Shown: positions 27,575 to 35,234 of the stretch, one piece after another
How positions within the stretch are numbered: the first letter of the stretch is position 1
Layout of the letters: every line of letters starts with the position of its first letter
Sequence record: SRR20825006_2923
Direction: 5' to 3' (one strand)
Length of the DNA: 35,234 nucleotides
Notes under the pieces: model-generated
What the model was told of the DNA's origin: nothing
The model's input: only the letters and a program-made list of their open reading frames with translations
Databases searched by the model: none
Made by a program: the position numbers and the translations under genes

Positions 27575-28654
27575 ATGAAATATATACTTTCCTTTATCAC
27601 TTTTGTGATTTTTTTTCAAGCTTCAGCTCAAGATGTTGCTCCCTTTGTGGATTTTAACGGATACTTTAAAAGTTTTCAAAATGGTTTCTTTAGACAGATT
27701 GAATTTCAACGCATTGTTGATTTTAAAGTCGGGGACGAACTGGTCGGGTATGTCGACAATAAAAAGAACCTACGCGTATTCGATGGTGGAGAACCTAGAG
27801 ATCTTTCCAATATCGTTGGAGAATATCAAGTTTCTGATCACTTGTTGACTTGGAATATTGGCACAACGCTGAATCTGTATGATGGAGGTAATGTGCGAAC
27901 ACTCACATATTGGTCTAATGAATATGAGGTGAGAGATAGTATTGTGGTATACCAACATACGCAGACAAATTCAGTGATGGTTTATTATAACGGAGCAACG
28001 TTTGAACTTTATTCTTCCGTTGGAGTTCCACCAATGCCAGATTATATCGGAGAGAATATAGTAGCATTTAGAGATAATGGAAACAACTATAAAGTATTTT
28101 GGCAAGGGAAAATATATGAATTGGGAGTTTGGCACAATCAGATAAAATTCCAAGGCGGAACTGATATTTTGTGTTTTAACGATCCGATTAATGGAACCTT
28201 CGCAATTTTTGAAAATGGTCAATTTTTGGACGTAGAAGGTTTTTTCATGACGAGTTACAAAGCGGGGAGAGGATTTATCGTTTATGAGAACCAAAATCAT
28301 GACTTAATGATTTATGGAAATGGCAAAAAGCAGAAGTTAACCAATTTCGGAGCCGATTTTTGGGATGTGAAAGACGATGTAGTTATTTGGAGAGAAAACA
28401 GTATTACATACGCTTTTGTTGATGGTCAGAAAATAGAACTTGCGCGTTATGTTCCTGAGGATTATGTCCTTAAGAATAATACAATTGCGTTTAGAAACAT
28501 GATGGGTGGTGTTGACGCACTCATGAATGGAAAAGTAAAGACGCTCACAAATCAAAATGAGGCGCAGTATAGTATTTATGGTAACTCTGTTCTTATTGAG
28601 CTCTTTAATAGTTCATTTATTTACTTCACAGAAGGAAAAGAATACAGAAACTAA
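27575..28654 (+). CDS. Hypothetical secreted beta-repeat protein
   Basis: Signal peptide MKYILSFITFVIFFQASA-Q; about 10 degenerate ~36-aa repeats; TATTTTTG at 27561-27568. Confidence 0.8.
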   Translation: MKYILSFITFVIFFQASAQDVAPFVDFNGYFKSFQNGFFRQIEFQRIVDFKVGDELVGYVDNKKNLRVFDGGEPRDLSNIVGEYQVSDHLLTWNIGTTLNLYDGGNVRTLTYWSNEYEVRDSIVVYQHTQTNSVMVYYNGATFELYSSVGVPPMPDYIGENIVAFRDNGNNYKVFWQGKIYELGVWHNQIKFQGGTDILCFNDPINGTFAIFENGQFLDVEGFFMTSYKAGRGFIVYENQNHDLMIYGNGKKQKLTNFGADFWDVKDDVVIWRENSITYAFVDGQKIELARYVPEDYVLKNNTIAFRNMMGGVDALMNGKVKTLTNQNEAQYSIYGNSVLIELFNSSFIYFTEGKEYRN

Positions 28655-30129
28655 AGATACCCTGTTTCCAAGACCTCAGAAATCATCATCTTGCTTGCTC
28701 TAGTCGTATTGTTCGATTTATGGACAATCGTTCCCTTCACATAGTTCATCTCGTAATCTTGTAACCAGATTTTATGATTCTGAGCTAATAATGTGACTGA
28801 AGAAATCAAATAGTGTACTTCTTCATTGGTTGTGGTTGGGTGAATTGAAAGTCTAATCCAACCCGGTTTATTTGTACAATCTCCTGAAAGAACTTTTGAT
28901 CTGATGCTTTCCGAATCTGTTTCATTTACATTGAAGAGATAGTGTCCATAAGTTCCAGCGCAAGAACAACCTCCGCGTACTTGAATTCCAAAGCGATCGT
29001 TCAGTATTTTTACTCCAGCGATGTAGTGTAAATCATCTATATAGAAAGAAACAACTCCTAAGCGATTTTTTTGATCGTCGGCTAAAATGTGCAAATTAGT
29101 CACTGGCTCAAATCCTCGCCAAATCAGATCTAAGAGTTCATGCTCGCGATGCATAATGGCTGTAACGGTCATTTTATCTTTCAACTTTATTGCCATTGCC
29201 GTTCGGATTGTTTGAATGAAAGCAGGAGTTCCACCATCTTCACGAGCCTCAATATCTTCGATATAGGCATGACCGCCCCAAGGATTCGTCCATGTTACGG
29301 TTCCTCCACCCGGGTTGTCTGGGACGTCGTTTTTATAGAATTTTTTATTGAAAATCAAAACACCCGCGCTTCCAGGGCCACCAAGAAATTTGTGCGGAGA
29401 AAAGTAAATGGCATCAAGATGTGTTCCTTCTTCCTTCGGATGCATGTCAATGTTAACGTAAGGCGCTGAACAGGCAAAATCGACAAAGCAATAACCTCCA
29501 TGATTATGAATTATCTTAGCTATTTCGTGATATGGCGTCATGATCCCTGTTACATTCGAGCAAGAGGTAATCGCAGCTATTTTTATAGGTCGATCCGCGT
29601 AATCTTTAAGCAATTCCTCAAAGTTGCGTGGAGACACGAGTCCTTTTTTATCTGGCGGAATAATCACCACCTCTGCGATGGTTTCTAGCCAACTTGTTTG
29701 ATTAGAATGATGCTCCATGTGCGTAACAAAAACCACTGGGCGCTCCTTCTCAGGAATTGAAATTTGACTTTTAAATGACTCATGAACTTTGAATCCTAAA
29801 ATCCGCTGAAACTTATTAATTACACCTGTCATTCCAGATCCATACGAGATCAAAACATCATCTTCACTCGTGTTTACGTGTTTTTTAATGATCTCCCTTG
29901 CATGGTGATAAGCGTAGGTCATTTTCATACCTGTTTCATTCGTTTCGGTATGTGTATTCGCTATGTACGGAAGTAAATCGTGTTGAATTTTTTTCTCAAT
30001 CAATTTATAGCATCTTCCACTTGCCGTCCAGTCAGCGTAAACAATGGGAATGCTTTGATGATAAGGGGTTTGGATTTGATGGTCGATTCCAATAATGTGT
30101 CGACGAAACTCCTCAAAATACTCTTCCAT
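28651..30129 (-). CDS. Aminotransferase class V PLP enzyme (cysteine desulfurase/selenocysteine lyase-like)
   Basis: YADWTASG, EHHSN, FSPHKFLGGPG (PLP Lys) and RGGCSCAG. Confidence 0.92.
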   Translation of the reverse strand: MEEYFEEFRRHIIGIDHQIQTPYHQSIPIVYADWTASGRCYKLIEKKIQHDLLPYIANTHTETNETGMKMTYAYHHAREIIKKHVNTSEDDVLISYGSGMTGVINKFQRILGFKVHESFKSQISIPEKERPVVFVTHMEHHSNQTSWLETIAEVVIIPPDKKGLVSPRNFEELLKDYADRPIKIAAITSCSNVTGIMTPYHEIAKIIHNHGGYCFVDFACSAPYVNIDMHPKEEGTHLDAIYFSPHKFLGGPGSAGVLIFNKKFYKNDVPDNPGGGTVTWTNPWGGHAYIEDIEAREDGGTPAFIQTIRTAMAIKLKDKMTVTAIMHREHELLDLIWRGFEPVTNLHILADDQKNRLGVVSFYIDDLHYIAGVKILNDRFGIQVRGGCSCAGTYGHYLFNVNETDSESIRSKVLSGDCTNKPGWIRLSIHPTTTNEEVHYLISSVTLLAQNHKIWLQDYEMNYVKGTIVHKSNNTTRASKMMISEVLETGYL

Positions 30130-30312
30130 GCACGATTAAAATTAGTCAGTAACGTTAAAGTTATACAATAGCGCAACGATAGTAAACCTGTTTCGATTCA
30201 AATGTTAGGATGTCTCAGAAAGCTAATTATCTCTATCTACTTACTAGACTATTGGAATAAGAGAACCACTGATTTAAGCTTTTTTGAGAGCCCCGATTCC
30301 AAATTCTCTGCG

Positions 30313-30320
30313 TATCTTTG
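30313..30320 (+). promoter_or_regulatory. -7 box TATCTTTG
   Basis: Exact TAnnTTTG about 22 nt upstream of the ATG at 30343. Confidence 0.65.
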
Positions 30321-30342
30321 TAAACGAATAAAAAATGCAACA

Positions 30343-30933
30343 ATGAACAACTGGTTTACGGTCAAAGTAAAATATACAAAGCAATTAGACAACGGAGCAC
30401 TAAAGCGTGTTTCTGAACCTTATTTACTAGCGGCAATGACGTTTACGGATGCTGAAGCGCGTATTTATGAGGAACTAGGTGCTGTAATTAGAGGAGAGTT
30501 TAATGTAGTAGGAATCACACGAACGGAGATTCATGACATTTTCATGTATGATGACGCAGACGTTTGGTATAAGTGTAAAGTTCGCTACGAAAACATAGAT
30601 GCAGATACGGAGAAGTCTAAAAAGGTTACACAAAACTTTTTGGTTTCAGCGGGTTCTGTTAAAGACGCATTCGATAGAATCCAAGAGAGTCTATCTACTT
30701 TAATGGTAGATTTTGAGATTCCGTCAATCATCGTTTCACCGATTGTTGAAATTTTCCCTTATTCGGAGGATTTGGACAGAGAGATTTCGCGCAAGCCAAT
30801 TGAGGAAATAGAAGATGATGCTCCTGTAACTGGGAAAGGTGCTGTATTCAGTGCGTCTGGATCAGATACAGATGAACTAGAAGAAGAGGAAGAAGTTGAA
30901 AGTGAAATTGAGGACGAATTTGACGGTGAGTAA
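30343..30933 (+). CDS. DUF4494 family protein with acidic tail
   Basis: WFTVKVKY...G..KRVSEPYLLAAMTFTDAEAR, with a second repeat WYKCKV...NFLVSA. ATG at 30343. Confidence 0.9.
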   Translation: MNNWFTVKVKYTKQLDNGALKRVSEPYLLAAMTFTDAEARIYEELGAVIRGEFNVVGITRTEIHDIFMYDDADVWYKCKVRYENIDADTEKSKKVTQNFLVSAGSVKDAFDRIQESLSTLMVDFEIPSIIVSPIVEIFPYSEDLDREISRKPIEEIEDDAPVTGKGAVFSASGSDTDELEEEEEVESEIEDEFDGE

Positions 30934-30936
30934 TTA

Positions 30937-31575
30937 ATGAAGGATCTTTTAGAGAGCTTCCGAGATAGTCACCATGAATTTCAAACGAATGGTGAGCCAA
31001 TCAACGGTTTTGATCCGTATGAGCTTTTTGAAGCATGGTTTCAAGAGGCTGCATCTGGTGAAAGAGAAGCAAATGCATTTGTGTTAACGACTTCCAATTT
31101 GGAGGGGCAATCAAGTGCTCGCGTTGTCTATCTTAAAGAGATTTTAGAGCAACAATTCGTGTTCTATTCTAATTATACAAGTCAAAAAGGTCGAGAAATT
31201 TCTGAGAACCCAAAGGTTTCCATGCTTTTCTTCTGGCCTGAGCTTTCACGTCAAGTGAGAATTGAAGGAGTTTGCACGAAGACGGCAGAAAAAGTTTCCG
31301 ACGATTACTTTAATTCAAGACCACGAGGAAGTCAAATCGGTGCTTGGGCATCAGATCAAAGTGCTGAACTAGCCTCACGTGAAGAATTAACCGATCGAGT
31401 GGAAGAATTCGAAAAGAAGTTTCCAACCACAGTTCCCCGCCCACCGCATTGGGGTGGATTTCAGATCAAGCCAAAACGCATTGAATTTTGGCAAGGTCGC
31501 ACGTCTAGATTACACGACCGACTTGTTTTTTCAAGTGTTGACGGAAAATGGACGGTTATCAGAAAGAATCCATAA
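30937..31575 (+). CDS. pdxH: Pyridoxamine 5'-phosphate oxidase
   Basis: RVVYLK, YSNYTSQKG, RQVRIEG, YFNSRPRGSQIGAWASDQS, PRPPHWGG and EFWQGRTSRLHDR. Confidence 0.96.
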   Translation: MKDLLESFRDSHHEFQTNGEPINGFDPYELFEAWFQEAASGEREANAFVLTTSNLEGQSSARVVYLKEILEQQFVFYSNYTSQKGREISENPKVSMLFFWPELSRQVRIEGVCTKTAEKVSDDYFNSRPRGSQIGAWASDQSAELASREELTDRVEEFEKKFPTTVPRPPHWGGFQIKPKRIEFWQGRTSRLHDRLVFSSVDGKWTVIRKNP

Positions 31576-32807
31576 TGTTTGAAATAAATCCAGAAATAAT
31601 TGAACTATCCAACGGGATCCGTGTGGTTTATGCCAAACGAGAAGCTTTTGTTGCGCATTTAGGTGTGATGATTTTAGCAGGTTCGCGTCACGAACTTCCG
31701 AATGAACAAGGATTGGCTCATTTTATCGAACACTGTATTTTTAAAGGAACAGAGAAACGAAAAGCGCTTGATATTTTCACAGATCTTGATTCTGTAGGTG
31801 GTGAGTTAAACGCCTACACGAATAAGGAAGAAATTTGTGTTCATGCATCGTTTCGAAAGGCACATTTTTCAATTGCCTCGGAGCTTTTGGGAGATATTAT
31901 CCAAAATGCAACGTTTCCAGAAAAAGAATTGAAGAAAGAGAAAGATGTCGTCCTGGATGAACTTATCTCTTATATGGACAGTCCTTCGGAACGCATTTAT
32001 GACGATTTTGAAGCCTTGATGTTTAAGGATAATGCCTTGGGTTACAATATTCTTGGAACAAAAAAATCGGTAAAAGGATTTAAAGGAGATGATCTTCGTG
32101 CATACATCGAACGTAATTTCCGACCATCAAACATTGTAATTTCCTTTGTTGGAAATATTCCCTTGGAAGAGGTGAAAACCATTCTCGAAAATGATTTTGG
32201 TGGAATTAAACCGAATGATACGGAGATTCCGAAGTTTGAAGAGCCAACATTCTCTCAATTTCATTTGACACAACGGAAATCAAATTTTCAAACGCATACG
32301 ATTATTGGAGGAAGCGCACCTTCGGGAAATGATACGTCACGAAGAGCGATGACACTTCTTACAAATGTCTTGGGTGGTCCAGCGCTTAACGCACGACTGA
32401 CCTTGCTTGTTCGCGAGAAATATGGCTACGCGTACAACGTTGAAGCGAACTACACAGGATATTCAGATGTTGGATTTTGGATGATTTATGTTGGAACGGA
32501 TAAAAAGTACCACCAAAAAGCACTTGGACTCATTTACGACGAGTTGGCGTTGGTGTGCGAGAAAAATCTTTCCGAAAAAGAATTGCTTTTAGCGAAAGAA
32601 CAACTCAAGGGACATATCGCGTTGTCGCTAGACAGCAATATTGAATTAATGTTCAATTTGGCGAAGACTGTATTATTATATGGTAAAGTAGATTCCATTC
32701 AGAAGATTTATCGTCAAATTGATGAAATTACCCTTCCAGAATTGGATGAAGTAGCTAAAAAATTCCTCGCAAAGGAAAATCTGTCCGAATTAGTCTATAC
32801 TTTTTAG
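31575..32807 (+). CDS. M16 family zinc peptidase (cytoplasmic)
   Basis: AGSRHE...GLAHFIEHCIFKGT, LNAYTNKE and VREKYGYAY; TAATG overlap with the pdxH stop. Confidence 0.92.
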   Translation: MFEINPEIIELSNGIRVVYAKREAFVAHLGVMILAGSRHELPNEQGLAHFIEHCIFKGTEKRKALDIFTDLDSVGGELNAYTNKEEICVHASFRKAHFSIASELLGDIIQNATFPEKELKKEKDVVLDELISYMDSPSERIYDDFEALMFKDNALGYNILGTKKSVKGFKGDDLRAYIERNFRPSNIVISFVGNIPLEEVKTILENDFGGIKPNDTEIPKFEEPTFSQFHLTQRKSNFQTHTIIGGSAPSGNDTSRRAMTLLTNVLGGPALNARLTLLVREKYGYAYNVEANYTGYSDVGFWMIYVGTDKKYHQKALGLIYDELALVCEKNLSEKELLLAKEQLKGHIALSLDSNIELMFNLAKTVLLYGKVDSIQKIYRQIDEITLPELDEVAKKFLAKENLSELVYTF

Positions 32808-32812
32808 TCGGA

Positions 32813-32920
32813 ACCCCTTTAAAATATGTTGATTTTGAAATTACCCCCTAAATTAACAGGGGGTGTTAATAAAATTTAATACAAGTTTCGTATTTACCCC
32901 CTTGATTTTATCTAAATTTG
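32813..32920 (+). promoter_or_regulatory. glnA promoter with ACCCCCT-N8-AGGGGGT palindrome, extra half-sites and -7 box
   Basis: Palindrome at 32843-32864; half-sites near 32813 and at 32896-32902; TAAATTTG at 32913-32920. Confidence 0.65.
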
Positions 32921-32936
32921 CAGAAAAATATGTTTT

Positions 32937-35126
32937 ATGGCTGCGAGCAAAAGATTACAGGCGTTTCATGATGTACTTCACCGTACACCTAAGCACATCG
33001 AGTTTAACGGTAGAGTTTCTGATATTTTTGGAGAAAATGTCTTTCATTCTGAGATAATGCGTGAATACCTTCCAAGCGAGGCATTCAAATCGATGATGGA
33101 AGCTGCACAAAATGGAACACGCCTAGATCGTAAAATGGCGGATCAAGTGGCATCTGCTATGAAAGATTGGGCACTTACGAAAGGAGCAACACATTACACG
33201 CACTGGTTTCAGCCATTAACAGGTTCTACTGCCGAAAAACACGATGCTTTCTTTAAACCTGTTGGTCCAGGCAGAGCAATAGAACGTTTTGATGGTGAAT
33301 TACTTGTTCAACAAGAGCCGGACGCCTCTTCTTTCCCGAATGGTGGAATTAGAAATACGTTCGAGGCACGTGGATATACAGCTTGGGATCCATCGTCACC
33401 AGCTTTTGTTATTGATAAAACATTATGCATTCCAACGATTTTCATTTCCTACACAGGAGAGGCGTTGGATTACAAAATGCCACTTTTGAAAGCGCTTCAT
33501 GCAGTAGACAAAGCTGCGGTTGAAGTGTGTCAATTTTTTGATAAGAATGTAAAAAAGGTCATTGCTACACTCGGTTGGGAGCAAGAGTACTTTTTAGTTG
33601 ATAAAGCATATTTTAATTCTCGTCCAGATATTCAAATGACAGGACGTGCGTTGTTTGGTCACGCTTCGGCAAAGGGACAACAATTGGACGATCATTATTT
33701 TGGTTCTATTCCAGCACGAGCAACGGCGTTTATGCGTGAATTTGAAACTGAAGCAATTCGTTTAGGGATTCCAGTGACTACGCGTCACAATGAGGTTGCT
33801 CCGAATCAATTCGAATGTGCACCAATTTTTGAAGAATGTAATCTAGCAAATGATCACAATTTATTGTTGATGGATTTGATGGAGAAAATTGCACGTAAGC
33901 ATGATTTCCGCGTATTGTTGCACGAAAAACCGTTTGCAGGCGTAAATGGTTCTGGAAAGCACAATAACTGGTCACTTTCTACAGATACAGGAGTGAATTT
34001 ATTGGCTCCAGGGAAGAATCCTAAATCGAACTTGCAGTTTTTGACGTTCTTCGTTAATACAATTAAAGCAATTCATGATAATGCAGATTTATTGCGTGCA
34101 TGTATCGCTGGCGCAGGAAACGATCACCGTTTGGGAGCGAATGAAGCGCCTCCAGCGATTATTTCTACGTTCATCGGTTCTCAGTTGTCCGGTTTACTGG
34201 ACAAAATCGAGCGTGATGTGAAAGCGGGGAAAATGACTCCAGAAGATAAAACAGAATTGAAATTGAACATCGGGAAGATTCCACAAATTATGTTGGACAA
34301 CACCGATCGAAATAGAACTTCACCTTTCGCGTTTACAGGAAACAAATTTGAGTTCCGTGCGGTTGGATCTTCTGCAAACTGTGCTTCTGCAATGATCGTG
34401 ATCAATACGATTATGGCGAATCAGTTGTTGGTCTTCAAGAAAGATGTTGATGCTCGCATGGCGAAAGGAGAAGGGAAGGACGAAGCGATTTTGAAACAAT
34501 TGCAAATCCTGATTAAAGAGTCTAAAAAAATTCGCTTCGAAGGAAATGGATACGGCGATGAATGGGTAAAAGAAGCTGAGAAAAGAGGTCTTTCAAACCT
34601 AAAAGATACGCCACGTGCGTTGAAAGTATGGGGAGATAAGAAAGTTCAAACGCTTTTCAACGACATGAACGTTCTTACGCCAAGAGAGTTGGAAGCACGT
34701 CAAGAAATTGAATTTGAAAGCTACGTGTACAAAGTTCAAATTGAAGCACGAATTTTTGGTGAAATCGCTCAAAATACGATCATTCCAGCAGTCATTGAAT
34801 ACCAAAACGTATTGTTGAAAAACATTCAAGGTTTGTTTGATGTATTGGGAGATAAAATGGGGAAAGAAGCAGCAGACGCTCAAATCGATTTGCTGAAACG
34901 CATCTCTATTCACCTCAATAAAATGAAAGATACGTGTGATTTGATGCTTTCGGAGCGTAAGAAAGCGAATAAAATCGTTCACATGGAAGAAAAAGCAGAA
35001 GCGTACTGCGATAAGGTAAAAATCCATTTTGACGAGATCCGTTACCACGCTGACAAGCTGGAAACATTAATCGACGACAAATTGTGGCCACTGCCAAAAT
35101 TCAGCGAAATGTTGTTTACGAGATAA
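32937..35126 (+). CDS. glnA: Glutamine synthetase type III
   Basis: 729 aa; HWFQPLTG.TAEKHD, EPDASSFPNGG.R.TFEARGYTAWD, EQEYFL, HNEVAP.QFE, HEKPFAGVNGSGKH, RLGANEAPP and RNRTSPFAFTGNKFEFRA. Confidence 0.97.
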   Translation: MAASKRLQAFHDVLHRTPKHIEFNGRVSDIFGENVFHSEIMREYLPSEAFKSMMEAAQNGTRLDRKMADQVASAMKDWALTKGATHYTHWFQPLTGSTAEKHDAFFKPVGPGRAIERFDGELLVQQEPDASSFPNGGIRNTFEARGYTAWDPSSPAFVIDKTLCIPTIFISYTGEALDYKMPLLKALHAVDKAAVEVCQFFDKNVKKVIATLGWEQEYFLVDKAYFNSRPDIQMTGRALFGHASAKGQQLDDHYFGSIPARATAFMREFETEAIRLGIPVTTRHNEVAPNQFECAPIFEECNLANDHNLLLMDLMEKIARKHDFRVLLHEKPFAGVNGSGKHNNWSLSTDTGVNLLAPGKNPKSNLQFLTFFVNTIKAIHDNADLLRACIAGAGNDHRLGANEAPPAIISTFIGSQLSGLLDKIERDVKAGKMTPEDKTELKLNIGKIPQIMLDNTDRNRTSPFAFTGNKFEFRAVGSSANCASAMIVINTIMANQLLVFKKDVDARMAKGEGKDEAILKQLQILIKESKKIRFEGNGYGDEWVKEAEKRGLSNLKDTPRALKVWGDKKVQTLFNDMNVLTPRELEARQEIEFESYVYKVQIEARIFGEIAQNTIIPAVIEYQNVLLKNIQGLFDVLGDKMGKEAADAQIDLLKRISIHLNKMKDTCDLMLSERKKANKIVHMEEKAEAYCDKVKIHFDEIRYHADKLETLIDDKLWPLPKFSEMLFTR

Positions 35127-35164
35127 GCGTCGTTTTTATCGATAGCAGTCAATGCACATTATTG

Positions 35165-35197
35165 AGCCCGTTGAGAATTTTCTCAACGGGCTTTTTT
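35165..35197 (+). terminator. Rho-independent terminator
   Basis: AGCCCGTTGAGA-attt-TCTCAACGGGCT followed by a T run. Confidence 0.92.
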
Positions 35198-35234
35198 ATT
35201 GAGGTGTCTCGTCCTAGAAAAAGTTGACTTAAAT

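Noticed and set aside
30202-30342. N-terminal extensions in the ORF track (also starts at 106, 6307, 19597, 22311, 27530 and 31548)
   Set aside because: They overlap promoter boxes or neighbouring genes. The downstream ATGs fit family N-termini or signal peptides better.

Overview
A mostly chromosomal, AT-rich Bacteroidota (Flavobacteriales-like) window. The assignment rests on TAnnTTTG -7 promoter boxes, a T9SS-type C-terminal sorting domain, and DUF4494, DUF2911, DUF2339 and type III glutamine synthetase genes. It holds the 5' part of a tRNA (probably His), about 27 CDSs and several intrinsic terminators. I saw no mobile element or CRISPR array. The most interesting part is 17870-20914. A tightly coupled minus-strand operon there encodes a 103-aa soluble PCPxxC protein, a stand-alone 7-TM protein, a one-TM HisKA_3 kinase and a NarL/LuxR regulator. 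It is flanked on both sides by promoters of identical layout: 16-bp boxes at an exact 22-bp period, with the last box 22 bp before a -7 element. One promoter appears to drive an unannotated, structured ~140-nt RNA ending in a terminator. The other drives a DUF3606-like mini-protein. A candidate nitrogen operator (ACCCCCT-N8-AGGGGGT) sits upstream of glnA III. All family names come from motif recognition by eye, not database searches.
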